The translations under genes and the position numbers were made by a program. From Rhina ancylostomus (lineage: Eukaryota): a DNA stretch of 64,000 nucleotides. Below the pieces are notes generated by a model. That model had not been told where the DNA came from. It made no database searches and saw only the letters and a program-made list of their open reading frames with translations. The stretch is taken from positions 20,032,802-20,096,801 of the forward strand of contig JARFYF010000050.1 in NCBI GenBank assembly GCA_030265395.1, given 5' to 3'. Shown here one piece after another: positions 61,500 to 64,000 of this stretch (within the stretch, counting starts at the first letter, position 1; each line of letters begins with the position of its first letter).

Positions 61500-61965
61500 A
61501 CTCCTACAATGACAGCAGACATGTATGACATAGCAGCAAATATTCAAGGTATGATGCAGACCAGTATCACCTGACATTTAGAATGCTTCCCCGGATTGGC
61601 ACAAGAGACAATTAGGTTCCATCTCGAGTGGCCTCACTGAGATGAAAAGGTAACTACTGACAGTATAAGCAACTCTGACAGCTAAGTTAGCCAAATGATC
61701 AAGCAGGTTGGTCAGTTCACTTATCACCCTGTTGACAGAAGATGCACACACTCGGCACCTCTTTTCTCTGATGCCTGTCAGTTCTTGCTTGAGCTGTCAG
61801 AGGGCTCAGCTGAAGACAACGCGAAACAGATTCAAGTGGCGTGCAGCTGAAGTGTTCTAAGCTGCTCAGACAGACTGCACAGGTTACTCAATCACCACAA
61901 CAAGGGGGCAATACACAAGGCAACAAGGCGCGAGTGAGAGAGCATGTTGATATGCAAATTCACAT
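61500..61965. promoter_or_regulatory. Candidate enhancer: MEIS/TALE site cluster with E-boxes, CTCF-like motif and octamer
   Basis: TGACAG/CTGTCA at 61510, 61658, 61676, 61733, 61775 and 61794; CAGCTG at 61807 and 61844; caacaagggggcaa near 61898; ATGCAAAT near 61952. Confidence 0.4.
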
Positions 61966-62679
61966 AAAAGTACAAGGTTTTGTTGCTTTGCATTTTTTCA
62001 TAAGATCAAGACATCTTCAGCAAGTCAAATGATTTCTTGTACAGATAAAAAATATGAAGTGTGCCTGATAGGCAATCCTTCTTGTTTTCTCTTGGGCAGT
62101 TCTGATGTTGGAAGACATGTTTCTTCCATAGATGTGGGGGATCTTATCAGGTAGACAGGGATGCATGGATAGATTGTGCTTGATAACTCATACCAATATT
62201 GATTTGCAAAGATATATTAAGAAAACCATGGGCAGGATTTGTCCTGACATTTTTATTGTTGAGCAAAGAATGACTGAATTTACCTTTTCCTTAACCCTGT
62301 CAGGAGGTGAATGAGTTTATTCATCTGCAATCCAATTCTGGGGGCAATGACAAATTTACAAATGTGGTGAAAGCCCTTTAGGTTGACATTTTTAATGCAT
62401 CAAAGACTGGCTTGCTTATGTCTATCATCAGCCATTGTGCTATAAACCAGATGGAAAATGAACTTTGGAATTAACTAAAAGGTCATTTTTTTTCCCCCAA
62501 CTGATTCCCCATCCACTCCCCACACCACCACCTGAATTCTATATTAAGAACAACCTGCAATGGATTGGTTCAGATATATCAGCTAAAATGGAAAAAAAAA
62601 CAAAAAGGAACAAGAGAATAGAAAAAAAAACAAAAACAAAGAATACGCTGAGTAATGTAAAAACGTTTCAACAACGTTC

Positions 62680-62930
62680 ATCGAAATGGTGCATTATGTA
62701 TAGTGAAACATCCCTTGGTGCTCCATAGGAGTTTAATCAAATAACATTTGACACAGATATTCATAGAAGTTACCAAAAGCTTTATCAATGAAACAGATTT
62801 TAAAGTGTCTTAAAGGAGGAAAGAGAGGCAGAGAGTTTTAAAGGGAGCATCCAGAACTGAGCACCCAGGTCAATAAAAACATAGTTGTCCATGGTGAGGC
62901 AATGAAAATCAAGGCTGTACAGGAGGGCTA
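62680..62930 (-). mobile_element. L2-type LINE 3' end
   Basis: aaacatcccttggtgctccataggag...atttgacac...accaaaagctt...gtcttaaaggaggaaagagagg...gggagcatccaga. Confidence 0.7.
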
Positions 62931-63402
62931 ACTGGATTTCAGGTGTATGTATACACCTTGTCTAAATAAATGTTGGGATTGCAGGGCACAATTTGGGCAG
63001 CTCTGGTAAAACAAAAAGAACACAATCAAAACAGCCAAGCAAATTGAGACTCAGTTTGTAAACCCCTATTATATTGGGCAGGAAACGCATACTCATTATG
63101 AGCTGGATGTGCACCACCCTCCACGACTCTATAACCACCAACAGGACAAACCTAGGCATCCTAGTACAAAATTAGGTTGCTATGACAGGGTCCAGGCTAT
63201 ACAGTTGTGTTAATGTAAACTAGGTCTGCATGGAGCCTACTTAAAATTATTTAGTAGAATGTGGGTATACTCTGTTTAGTATTCATGCTCTACTAATGGT
63301 ATAAAATGGAGCAGAAAGCAACATACCACAGATCTGTAAATTCTAAAAAAGACTCAAATCACCCAACACCCATAGGAAAGGTTCCAAAATGGCCTGTAAG
63401 GC

Positions 63403-63975
63403 ACATAGAGCCATAGAACACGACAGCACAGGAAACAGGCCATTCAGCCCTTCTAGTCTGTGCCGAAACATTATTCCGCTCGTCCCATTTACCTGCACCC
63501 AGTCCATAACCCTCCAGACCTCTCCTGTCCATGTATCTATCCAATTTATTCTTAAAGCTCAAGAGTGAGCTCACATTTACTACATCAGATGGCAGCCCGT
63601 TCCAGACTCCCACCACTCTGAGTGAAGAAGTTTCCCCAATGTTCCCCCTAAACCTTTCCCCTTTCACCCTAAAGCCATGTCCTCTCATACTTATCTCTCC
63701 TAATCTAGATGGACAGAGCCTATTCACATTAACTCTGTCTATACCCCTCATAATTTTGTAAACCTCTATCAAATCTCCCCTCATTCTTCTGNNNNNNNNN
63801 NNNNNNNNNNNNNNNNNNNNNNNNNNNNNNNNNNNNNNNNNNNNNNNNNNNNNNNNNNNNNNNNNNNNNNNNNNNNNNNNNNNNNNNNNNNTCTATACCC
63901 CTCATAATTTTGTAAACCTCTATCAAATCTCCCCTCATTCTTCTGTGCTCCAAGGAATAAAGTCCTAATCTGTTC
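63403..63975 (-). mobile_element. CR1 LINE 3' fragment, little decayed
   Basis: MNRLGLYSLEHRRMRGDLIEVYKIMRGIDRV...RGHGFRVKGERFRGN...VVGVWNGLP..VV...FKNKLDRYMD, plus 3' UTR. Confidence 0.95.
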
Positions 63976-64000
63976 ATTTGTTCATTTTCCCTTTTTTTCC

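Noticed and set aside
1-64000. CRISPR array, operon or prokaryotic defence system
   Set aside because: No regularly spaced repeats and no gene-dense coding DNA; the content is vertebrate repeat-rich non-coding sequence.

Overview
AT-rich, CpG-poor vertebrate non-coding DNA from a gapped draft assembly. The repeat content (V-domain tRNA-SINEs of HE1 type, many CR1 3' ends, Penelope termini, RTE, RTE-X, L2, DeuSINE-like and LF-SINE-like relics) points to a cartilaginous fish, probably a ray or sawfish (inference). I recognise no host protein-coding exon, tRNA or rRNA. The ORF-track entries are chance ORFs, N-gap artefacts or retroelement fragments. The window looks like a very long intron or gene desert: a decayed PIF/Harbinger transposase gene lies at ~36.5-37.3 kb, and apparently repeat-free islands are rich in homeodomain (TAAT), MEIS/TALE (TGACAG), octamer and CTCF-like motifs. 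I cannot demonstrate a new biological system. The best leads are: (i) Penelope-derived fold-back mini-elements joined at their hammerhead-ribozyme segment; (ii) a clean polypyrimidine-CAG|GTAAGT recursive-splice-site candidate; (iii) dense TGACAG clusters; (iv) a nested inverted-repeat ATTAGGTT array; (v) a young V-SINE subfamily with a swapped, non-CR1 tail. All family assignments are by eye from remembered consensus motifs, not from database searches, and coordinates are approximate.
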